Assembly: GCA_030167865.1 (NCBI GenBank)
Contig: JALAGF010004261.1
Location: forward strand, 1-39,182
DNA: 39,182 bases
Direction of reading: 5' to 3'
DNA from: Craspedostauros australis
Taxonomy: Eukaryota
The notes beneath the pieces are model-generated. The model was not told the origin of the DNA and searched no databases. It worked only from the letters and a program-made list of their open reading frames with translations. The first letter of the stretch is position 1. The number at the start of each line of letters is the position of its first letter. Positions 12,101 to 21,535 of the stretch are shown one piece after another. The position numbers and the translations under genes are program-made.

Positions 12101-12183
12101 AAAGCAGACCGATGCTGTCGGAAGTGCTCAAGGCTCTGGATGAGAAGGGTGCCTACTACGTCGTGACGGATGGCGCGGGGTAG
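9181..12183 (+). CDS. 1000-aa multidomain protein: basic low-complexity N-terminus, BRCT-like region, UIM, J-domain (HPD), C-terminal OTU-like cysteine protease domain
   Basis: Single uninterrupted ORF with GC3-rich codons. J-domain: PQEILGL...EECKAAYRKLARVHHPDKGGSADTFFNIAKAYRTL (11110-11271). UIM: EEEALKRAMELSL (10903-10941). BRCT-like: ISSLGGSV...ATHAV...PILDAGTWLEAV. OTU-like: NSCFYLSL (Cys 11569) and IQYLPGHYQPL (His 12037). Confidence 0.9.
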   Translation: MKLSFLSRLRPHKRSAKQQQQQQQEEHQDQLGAPQATYEGVERRGRSPRKPTTSSKEGKQDKEQSLQAPTDSETQSSGKSRSKSLTRTRSKSRSKGSGSGRIKRRGDLGSSDHVSSSTRTRRRSKSKGRVRRNSNSNSNGNDNNAASNTGNGNTSKGSTRRKAKSKSADFDSIRTAPARMASEPVLNTIATPLLDNSRRSDGSYLDSQSNHTTSSAASDTGNNGNGGKPKNKKNKKRNSKRKQKRALERRAAAERNLQLQMLNRGNRSFVADDGDDMPTDPLQGAKIYVLPVYSEQDLAGSTHTNNLNSEIVEIDNAADHIEVSYIEKLSHDKVGHDVASFISSLGGSVANSLNDATHAVWPPPVTNDPTVRNTYSSLHLQTTWAQAESNQVPILDAGTWLEAVACLRVGQHWSEIDVSKHVPAVFRTFMPPPPTTTTTTHAASSLNMQRSSFAESAMSAAISPMPVSMPMEPTAVYEQGHKQARLPTSLFGIGLPSNNNNHTNNSNKRNASSRNNASNRNNAGGDQQPRRWFQGWQKPRMKHRRDNNEAEQMQMNHSINQTFSYLAQSHPEQCEEEALKRAMELSLLDCALVVRRPGSTQAPWMSGSASRQSATHNASTGSRYPAASAPGKSNTGANGRTGKSPQEILGLPTKSHTFPTLEECKAAYRKLARVHHPDKGGSADTFFNIAKAYRTLLAQIAEQAEAASATSKSNGNSNWNDPATMPDKLALKSTSHWDSELQDHRRLVEELFTSHGTNLNDTLDTQGDILHNVLYLMAYDAGSTNHNEEEELIHNSCFYLSLAASYLHGIGALLADGSASAKDSPDELRTAYTADTHDGSLSDASGAPPKFDDEDLYLIRATALQLKRVIEAAVVRAHPEWAAAGKVGEEVQAFSDFLVYLLDSPDTLLSDWAVVVFDTVSGICDVYQGKFFKEQSPEWQSTNTITIQYLPGHYQPLVPMSRSIDGRPGSAEQQSRPMLSEVLKALDEKGAYYVVTDGAG

Positions 12184-13478
12184 CGTACATACCACGAACA
12201 GTATGATACAAGCACGTATGCACACGTCGATGCAGTCGAATTCAATGTATTGGCATTGCAATGCAATGTTTGTGAGTGTCGGTATCCGCAGTTAATGGAT
12301 ATAGTCGGGGGGAAGCGACAGAGATTGTCTGGTACCATGTGCTCACTGCATGAACACCAAACAGCGAATAAGTGATAGTGTTGCATGCTCTGTAGTATTA
12401 TACTAGAGTATTCTATGATATTGTAGAATGATAGAGAGTGCCCTGGAGGGTGATGCGCTCTTGATCCCTGTGATGCAATCAAAACAGATTGGAGAGTCAG
12501 AGAGTAGAGCTGGACAGACAGGCTACCCCTGCTCTGTTATCCACGTTTCACGATGCCACGCGCTCATCGCGGACTCGTTTGACACGTCTGGCGACTTCGA
12601 TCACACCAGCGAATCCCGTCACAATGAAGATGGAGAAGTGTGTGGCTGAAACCGGTGGCTGCTGATGTGTCCTCCTCTGTGTTCGCAGCACATCATCGTC
12701 GTCACCGTCGTCACCGTTGCCACCATGTTTGGGATCCACAGACACAAACGCCCAGAACGGCACGAACAAAAGCAAAGACAGCGAACGCAGGAAGACACCC
12801 ATCATCCCCTTCTCGGATCTTCTCTTGGCTTCCTGGTCAACAAGATTCAAACTCGGAGACATCAAGTATGTGCACAACAACCAGCGAGAACATTGCGCGC
12901 GTTCCACGTATGACATTTGGTGACATCAACCATCTCCTCTCCCCTCTTATCCGCTCTTATCCGTCGCCATGGATGACGCTTCAAGACCTGCCTTTCGAAG
13001 CAGCCCCTTGCTGACGACCACAAAGTGCTTGTGCTCAAGTACGAGTGTGAGGTGGGCAGAGCTGCATCATGCGCGCACAAACATCCACTCCATCTGTCCT
13101 GTTCTGTTGACCACGACAGAACAAGACCCGCGCTCAGAGGTATAAAACTATACCACGACTGCGAACTTCAAACCGCAGGATGCTGCTTCTCTATCCTCAC
13201 CCGCACTTCTGATTGCGCCACTTCGGCCTGTCTTGGCCATCGTCTCCACGCAATCATCGTCGCACCCGATCGCTATGCTATCCTCGCTGTCGTGGTTGCA
13301 GCTGTCGATACTATCGGCGACAGTGTTGGCGATCGTGATCGTGATCGAGTTGATGGCTGAGCTCCAGAGCAACTTCCACGATTGACGGCAGCCCTGCTCT
13401 CCACTTGGACTAGCACCACACTCGTACCGTCCCATACCCACGCATACTCGCACTTAGTGACGACTCTCTCGGGCATTG

Positions 13479-14621
13479 ATGAGGCGTGCATCCAACTTGT
13501 TCCCATCGTTGATGCCTGTTGCGCTCATCGCAACATCATCAATACAAGGCAACCCATCGCAAATGCATTCTGTTCTCACAACGGCGCTTCTTGCCTCCTT
13601 TCCACGCAATCCTCATCGGCCACGCCTGCGAAGAGTCCAACGCTTCGGCCATCCTCTACTCTCCAATCTATCGACCAGCATATCCACCATGGCCCTCTTC
13701 TCGTCGCTCTCATCGTCCGCGGCCAATGAAGATGGCAAAAAGCAGAGACCCAAGTCACACAACCGTCTGGTGTACGGGAAGGACGACATTCTATTCGGCA
13801 GCATCGAGGAACGGCAGGGCGATCGTCCGTTCGGGCGCGTCCTGGATGCCGGCACGGGCATGCATTCGTTGCGATGGATCGCGACGTTGAGCGAAACCCT
13901 CGGCATGGAGCACGTCACCTGCATCACGGCGGACGAGACCATGAGGAAGAACGTGCAGCGCGAGGCGGATGATCTGGAGATCACCGATGTCAGCAAGGTC
14001 ATCATCGGCAACTGGTTCGGCCCCGATGGCACGACGTCCATCAACCTGAAACCGGAATCGTTCGATGTCATCCTGGCGGATTATCTGATCGGTGCCATGG
14101 ACGGCTTCTCACCGTACCAGCAGGACCTCATGCTGCCCAAGTTGGTGAGGTATCTCAAGCCTGGCGGTCGTCTGTATATCGTGGGATTGGAACCGCTGCC
14201 GGACAAGGCCCCAGGCGACGCCAACATCATCTGCAAGGTGCGCCAGGTCCGCGACGCTTGCATTCTGCTGGGCGGCCATCGATGCTACCGCGAGTACCCC
14301 ATGCAATGGATGGAGCGCCAGATCGAGCACCGCTCCTCCCACCTCAAGCTCATCCACACGAGCACATTCCCCATCTTGTACAGGCATCAAACCATCGTCA
14401 ATCAGATCAACGTGGGGCGTTCCAAATTCTCGCTCTTTCCAACGAAGGAGTTGGCCGCTTCCATGAAGAAGGTGATGGACGATCTCGAGGCCCAGAGTCT
14501 GGAGGCGACGTCAAGGGCGCCGAATGGGAGAATCCGATTGGGTTTTGATTACGTCATAACGGCGGAGAAGACAGACGATGCAAAGGCAGTCACGATGGAA
14601 GGAGTATGCATCGAGCGCTAG
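13479..14621 (+). CDS. Class I SAM-dependent methyltransferase, possibly organelle-targeted (alternative start ATG 13689)
   Basis: Motif I VLDAGTG, FDVILADYLIGA, and LKPGGRLYIVG. S/T/R-rich N-terminal extension. Confidence 0.88.
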   Translation: MRRASNLFPSLMPVALIATSSIQGNPSQMHSVLTTALLASFPRNPHRPRLRRVQRFGHPLLSNLSTSISTMALFSSLSSSAANEDGKKQRPKSHNRLVYGKDDILFGSIEERQGDRPFGRVLDAGTGMHSLRWIATLSETLGMEHVTCITADETMRKNVQREADDLEITDVSKVIIGNWFGPDGTTSINLKPESFDVILADYLIGAMDGFSPYQQDLMLPKLVRYLKPGGRLYIVGLEPLPDKAPGDANIICKVRQVRDACILLGGHRCYREYPMQWMERQIEHRSSHLKLIHTSTFPILYRHQTIVNQINVGRSKFSLFPTKELAASMKKVMDDLEAQSLEATSRAPNGRIRLGFDYVITAEKTDDAKAVTMEGVCIER

Positions 14622-17548
14622 AGACAGAGACAGGCAGAGGGAGGGAGGGAGACTCATGTGCATGAGAAGTTGGGAGGCCCTTTTGCGTTGCTCCACGTTG
14701 CGGCATGGCAAGGCAAGACTTGGCAGACCTGGAGGATTCAGCAAACGACATTGATCATGGATCATGAATCATTAGTGTTGGCACTGACTATTATACAAGC
14801 GCAAATACAGGTGCAGATGAACATATTGATGTGGGTAGATGCAGTTTCGAAGCGCTTCCGAGATGTCCTCATGACGTCAAGCGCAATGCAAGCTACCAGT
14901 ACAACACAGTAGCAGAACAGTGGTGACGCTAGAACAAGATCAACGGCTAGGAGCATGCTCTATGGAGACTGTTGGCAGAGCACATGCTCATAGTTGCAAT
15001 GTTAAAGAATGGTGCATGAATCAATGACTTGAAACCAAATGTGCTATAATACTAAAATCGCAATCAAAACGACGGGAGGGTGTTCAGTTGTGTATGTATT
15101 GTACATGGCGTGTGTTGGAGAGAGCGTTTGCGGTTGGAAAGAATGTGGTTGGAGTCTTGGGGTGTTTGGCGCTTGGGCAATTGTCACACGAGTGTCTGTG
15201 TGTGTGTGCCAATCCTCCAAACCACGACTGGACGATTTCAAACCACGGCGAGAACATGCGAACTTGGCGCCCAGGATGCCCGATGAGAGCAGGAGAGATC
15301 GCAATTGCTCCAGTTGCAGGTACTACGATCTGTTGGCATTCCGGAGGCACACCGGCATTGTTTGATGATGGATGTGTTCTTTGAGGTTGCTGTCGCTGCT
15401 TCACACAAAACATCGCGGAGTGTATCGCATAATCGCATTGCCACAGAATGGTTTGCGCATTGTGTGTGCATGAGAAACGAAGGCTGCGCTTGTGCCATGT
15501 GCATGGTCTTTGTGTGTTCACTGTATAGTACAATACTCGTGGAATGGAGTTGGAGGTAGAGAGCAAGGTCAAGGTGAAGTACGACCCAGAGTGCGATCTA
15601 ACACACAGATCAAACACCGAAGGCATCGCAAAGAGACACGAATTCTGGTGATGACATGCGCTCGCCGAAGAATGTGATCTGGATCGATTTGGCCTCCACT
15701 ACCAAGGAAGGGAAGAAGCTTTTCGGCTCTCGACGAAGCCTGATTGCGCCAACAAAAAGGCCATTGTGATCAATCAGAGAGCAAAGTTTTATTCCGGCCA
15801 CGAACACTTCCGCAGATCACAGAGAACTCTCATGACATGCGAGGAAAGATACCATCGTCCAAACACTATCCGTTCGATGCTGTGATACACCCTCTCTTCG
15901 ACGTTGCGATCCCCACACCCCCGTGACATGACACGACACGACATAAAACACAGCACGGGAAGATGTTGTTGTCCAGGACATGAGATTGTGAACGTGCAAG
16001 AGTTGCCTCCAACGGACAGCAAAGAACCGACGCACATGGCGTGGAAATTGGCATCGCATACACGTTCACGATCGTGTGCGTTCCAACGGGGAGACAAGAC
16101 CCGCTTGTGGTCCAGCAACTGATTGCCGGAGAAAGGAGAAAGAATGAAAAAATGGAAAATCGTGTCACGCTGCCGATTCACTCGTGACTTGTGAGTCGTA
16201 GATGCAGAATTTGTGAACGGAAAGATGGTTCGACTGGCTCGGATTTATGTCCATGTGTGATTATGGTTTGATAGGGGAGTCATTTCGAATCCGTGTGCTC
16301 GCGAGAATGTGAGGGGCATTATGTCTATGTGCAAATCATGTGTCAACCGTTGTAACCGTCAGACGAAATTTTGGACGAATTTTTGGAAAAACCCGAGGTC
16401 ACAACAGAGCGAGCATCGATCGAGAAAGGGAGAAAACACGATAAAAGGGACAGCAAGGCGTGGCGCAGACAAGACAGGACAGCACAGGACAGCATGGGAC
16501 ATGGTGTGACAGAGCGGCGCGGGCAAACAGAGGAGAGAGAGGCAGCAAGTGGGTGCAGCTCTGTGACAGCATGGCGGGATGTGTTGCACAACAGAATAGG
16601 TACACTATCACACAGGCAACCACCAACGCTGCGCGAGGAGCACGCGAAGGATACATCGTGCTATACTCTGTGGTTTGTGCAACCAAGAGACGTGCATCAA
16701 GAACAAGAGTCGGAGGCCACCATCACAACAAGAGTCAAAGGGAGAGACGGACGCAAACGCATGCACAAGGGCAAAGACAAGGGGGGAGCGCAACAAACAA
16801 AGAGAGAGAGGGAGAAAGCAAGACAGAAAGATTGGGAGAAAGACCAAGGGCGCGCAAAATACACAGGCAACGGTAACGGCAAACGGCAAAGACTCGCTCC
16901 ATACTCTGCCAGAGTTCCCATACAGACGCCACACACGCAGAGCTCCATACCATACAATACCATACCCAGAGACGACAAGACAAGACAACCCCAACAGAGA
17001 GCAACAAAGACGGAGGAGATCACAATCGTAGAGCACTCATACATGTACATGTACACGATCTTGAGTTGGACGCATCAGATAGACACCGTTCGCAGGTAGC
17101 CTCTCATACCCACAAAGTACTCATACTCGCGTTCCATCGGCATCAGCAGTAGCATCAGCAGAAGCAGAAACTGCTTTGATACTCGCTACGGGAGACCAAT
17201 CAACTACAAGTGCGATCACAGCTACTCTACGCAGACTGTGCACAACTCATCACCTCATCAACTCATCAACTGAGCACATCATAATCTTCACTGTCCTCAT
17301 CAGCATCGGCATCTACACCGCCATCGGCAATCAGCTACAGCCATCCAAGAACTGAGAGATCCGCACACCTTGCTTGCGTTAGACTACGCTACCATACACC
17401 ATCACACACTACCATACATCATCATACACTATTTCACATCATCAACTACCACAATCTACATTCACATGCATCGCGCTCCACATACATCACACTCCATATA
17501 CCCCATCAATACACAACAACGCACAACAACACACAACAACACACGACA

Positions 17549-18945
17549 ATGAGAAACCCACGACCGACTCGTAGCCTCCTGACGTTCCTGCTGTCTTCAG
17601 CAGCGCTCATCACAGGCGTCAGCTCGCAGACGGGCGGAATCGATGTCTGCGCATGCACACCGGCCACGTACGGCCTGCAGTTCAACTTCTCCGCCGTGTG
17701 TCCGGGAGCCTTCACCGGCGACGGTCTCGCCGCGGCACCCACCTGCCTCATCGAAAGCACCGTCAACGTCACAGACGTCACGCCCGTCATCGTCCGCAGC
17801 ATCAACATCCTCGAGCTCAACATCTTCAACCAGCAGCTCGGCCCGTCCAACAACATCGTCCAGAACATCATGGATGGAGGCTCCGTCAACTTTGACTCCG
17901 TCACGAAGACCAACTTTGACAACATCCCAACAACCGAGATCCCCACGTTGCTGCAGATATCGGTCTTTGCCGAGAACGTGGCAGGCGAGACCGTCATCAA
18001 CAACGTCCTCATCGCTTTCAACAACGACTGCGACGTGCATCCCGCATTCGAAGATGGGGCGACGGTTGGTTGGATGATCTTTGTAAGTGCGATGCTCTGT
18101 CCGTTCTCTCTAGTTGCGACTTGACAATCGTTGTGCTGGTCTGCATGCTCTTGACAATGGATGTTGGGTACTGCAGCGCTGTATCTCACCTACTCGCTCT
18201 CTCTCTCTCTCCTCTTCTCCAATCACATCACATCACACGTAACCCAACCCAACGCAAACCAACGCATCGGAACCCACCGAACATGTTCTTCTGGACACAA
18301 CAGAGCACGGTACAGGACGCAGAGAATGCCATCTGCTCATCGGCACCAGTGCCACTCACCTCGACACCCACCACGGCACCCACCACGGCACCCACCACGG
18401 CACCCACCACGGTACCCACCACGGCACCAACTGCAGCACCAAACCCCGTGATCACGGCAATGCCAACGGACACAATCTCGCCCACGGATCCTGACATGTC
18501 GCTATCCATGTCCATGTCCATGAATACAAGAGCCTTGTACGAGATCGATCTCGATCAGCTTGACAATATCGATGACCTCGGCGCGCCACTCAACAACGAA
18601 CGTCCTTCGTACCAGTATGAGGAACAACCGTCCGAACTGCACGACGAGATGGATGCGGAGATCGAACTCACTCAACGCGCCAGCGACATTTCCACGATCG
18701 CTCTGCAACAACAGCAGCAACAACAAGTGTCTCAGCAAAAGCCAGCCAAGACCATCAAGTCCACCAAGGCACACAGGCCAAACAAGGCAGCAAAGAAAGA
18801 CACTGTCTACAACAGACACAGCGTCAACAACAACAACCAAGACATCATCTACGGCATGGAGTTTGGCCAGCCAATCGCAGCAACGCAGAATGCCAACACG
18901 GCGACTGCCCGAAAGCTCCGGATAAGGCGGGACGGTGTCAACTAA
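17549..18945 (+). CDS. Secreted Cys-domain / PT-repeat (mucin-like) protein, paralog A; exons 17549-18082 and 18304-18945
   Basis: Signal peptide MRNPRPTRSLLTFLLSSAALITGVSS|QT; DVCACTPATYGLQFNFSAVCP domain. Phase-0 intron GTAAGT(18083)...CAG(18303) joins the two ORFs. Followed by PTTA repeats, MSLSMSMSM and a K-periodic tail. Confidence 0.88.
18367..18426 (+). repeat. Five tandem 12-bp units CCCACCACGGCA (PTTA), coding
   Basis: Tandem repeat seen directly; one unit has GTA. Confidence 0.95.
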
Positions 18946-20121
18946 ACCTGTTGCTTGAATCGCTCAAACAGCAACAGCATGCATCACATCACATCAAAAC
19001 CAACTGGTTGTGAAACAGATGAAAGCAGAGGCAGACAATCGCGCACACACTCCCTGTATCATCCGTGCCGTCCGCATCATCTCTGCTTACTTGTCCCTTT
19101 CTCGTTCGAGTACTGTACCGGATACCTGCGTCTATCTGTCTCTTCGTATCGTGAGAGAACCATAGAGTAGAACGCTCGGTCTCTCCCCTTTTGTGACGCA
19201 GTCGTAACTACTCCACGAGTACGTACGTGCAATAAGTAATCAGCACCATGTTTCATGTTTCATCCCAACTTCCTACTCTTGTTCATTGCATGTGCATGAT
19301 GTCTATTCCTTGGCTGTGTGAACTGCATTGGCATCGGTCACATGATGGGTTCGATTGTGCATGGAATGCATTCCGTGTCATCAAAGTCAATAGCATTGGC
19401 GTCTGCGCAAACAACGAAAGGACAATTTGAGGTAGATGTGCAAGAAACGACACCAACAACGCGCGATGTCAGCGATGTCCCCCGATGTTGCCTTGATGAG
19501 ATACAGACAACTCAATAGAGTACAGGTCAACCATCTGCGGTATTGGCCAGCGTGCAAGACACTCAACTGGAGTATAACTCTATAGTAGTATAGTATGTAA
19601 GCAGCAGTTCTATCCTCTTCTAATCGCATCATAGAGAGATCGGAAGCACTCAAAGCAGTATAGGACTCTGTACGAGTATACCACATGAAGGCACACTCAT
19701 CTCGCGATGGTCGCATTGGGAACACGGACATGGTGGATCGAAATCATACGATGGAACCATGAGCAGTGCGATCCACTCCTACTCGTAGGTGCTCGTAGGT
19801 ACTGTACAATACAACAACAACGAACTCTCCCATCAACAACCAACACCGCCATGGTCGCCATGGTCGACACCAGAGCCCATCAAACGAACGAACGAGCGGA
19901 TCATGTCGTCTCCCGCAAGGACGAAAGAATCCCAGGTGAGGCACACGACCTCGGGATGGGTATGGCATGGAATGAGTATTGCAGCAGCAGCCCCTGCGTC
20001 CTTGTCTACGTTACACGACAGGCTGGAGGTGTAACGGCAAGAAGGCAACGGACAGGAACGTACTTAAGTTCGCTTCGCCATCACGCATGTCGTGGAAGGT
20101 TGTCGCTTTCTCTCTCGCTGT

Positions 20122-20175
20122 GTTGCGTTGCGTTGCGTTGCGTTGCGTTGCGTTGCGTTGCGTTGCGTTGCGTTG
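20122..20175 (+). repeat. (GTTGC)~11 pentanucleotide microsatellite
   Basis: Perfect tandem repeat seen directly. Confidence 0.97.
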
Positions 20176-21535
20176 AGGTATGTTGACACATGTTGAGGTG
20201 TGGTGAGTATGTGCACGCAGTGGAGTACTATTACTGCATAACATAGTAGTGGAGTAGAGTAGAGCAGGTATCGCAGTGGTCGCCCTCACAGAATCGTGCT
20301 TGTCCTCACCCTTGTGCCCCTCTTGTTGATGTGTTGCACTCTGGTCTGCTCCGTTTCGTTTCGCATTGTGTGTGGTTGTGGCTCGTGTCCAAATCGAACA
20401 AGGCCAATCCTCGAAAAATCAGTCTGAAAAAGTGACGGTTAGCATCTCTCCGTTCATCTCCGGATTTTTGGCGTTAATGATTGGATAGTGTCTAAGTGTG
20501 CGATAAATATTCCATGTGATAAATTTTATGGAGATTAACGTCTGAAGGGTTTAGTTAGACTTTGGGCATGTCACAGATGACAACCTCGGAAGGCCTCACA
20601 AATTTTTACCCAGGCAAGAGCCGCTTCAAATTTTTGTGTCAGGGACATCTGCGCTCTCGCGTGACAAGATGATGGAACCGAGAGCCGAGTTGTAACGGGC
20701 CAAGCTGGGTGGAGTATCTACCATGGCAATGGCGTGCAGTGGAGCGTAGTGGAGCCCAACAGAGCGTAATGAGGTGAAGCAGAGAAACAGGGTGAAGCGA
20801 GGCAGAAGGACAAGAGAGAGACTTCCTTGTGAATGCTCGACAAAAAACAATTTAAATTCTCCTTTTTTCGTCGGCCTCGATCACCATTTGACCTCATGTT
20901 CTCATTACCGTTACTATACTCCAGGAAAGAACATAGCACCGATCTGCGACAAGAGATAACAACCCGCAACAGACACCATCATCGTATCGCATCGTATCGT
21001 GTTGCAAGGCACAGCTTGATTGATTTCGATTGATTTCGATTGACTCCATAGAAGTTGGGAAGTACATCTGTGAGGAGAGTACGCGGACATTGGAAGCAGG
21101 GGAGCATCTGTCGTTGCAGCAGTCGATCTCTGGGAGGTGGGACATTGTCGGCTCACAGAGAGGTTGTCCACAGAGAGGCCATTGGCAGAGAGGTTGTTGA
21201 CGGAGGCCTGTGTTCATACTCTTGGCGTACTTTCACACTGCTCATACGACGATACACCACGACACACTGCGATACATTGCGATACGTTGTAGCACACCAC
21301 GATACGTTGTAGTACACTACTCCAAACTGCACTGTGCATGCGTACGAAAACATAGAAGCAGAGTGGCTGGGACAACTGTGGAGGAGGACAGCAACCAACA
21401 AGGAGGTGTCAGGTCGATTCGGATTGGCAGAGAGACAGCGTTGCTGGTGTTGCTGTGCTCACAAGGCAGGCAGGCGAGGCAGGCAGGCAAGGATTGGAGG
21501 GCCTGTTGTGCACAACGCGGACGATCCCCAGGACG

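Noticed and set aside
16371-17099. 242-aa K/R/Q-rich ORF
   Set aside because: Purine-rich low-complexity sequence with a non-ATG start and no recognisable domain; probably upstream or UTR DNA.
20122-20175. Telomeric repeat
   Set aside because: GTTGC is not a TTAGGG-type unit, and the tract is short and internal.
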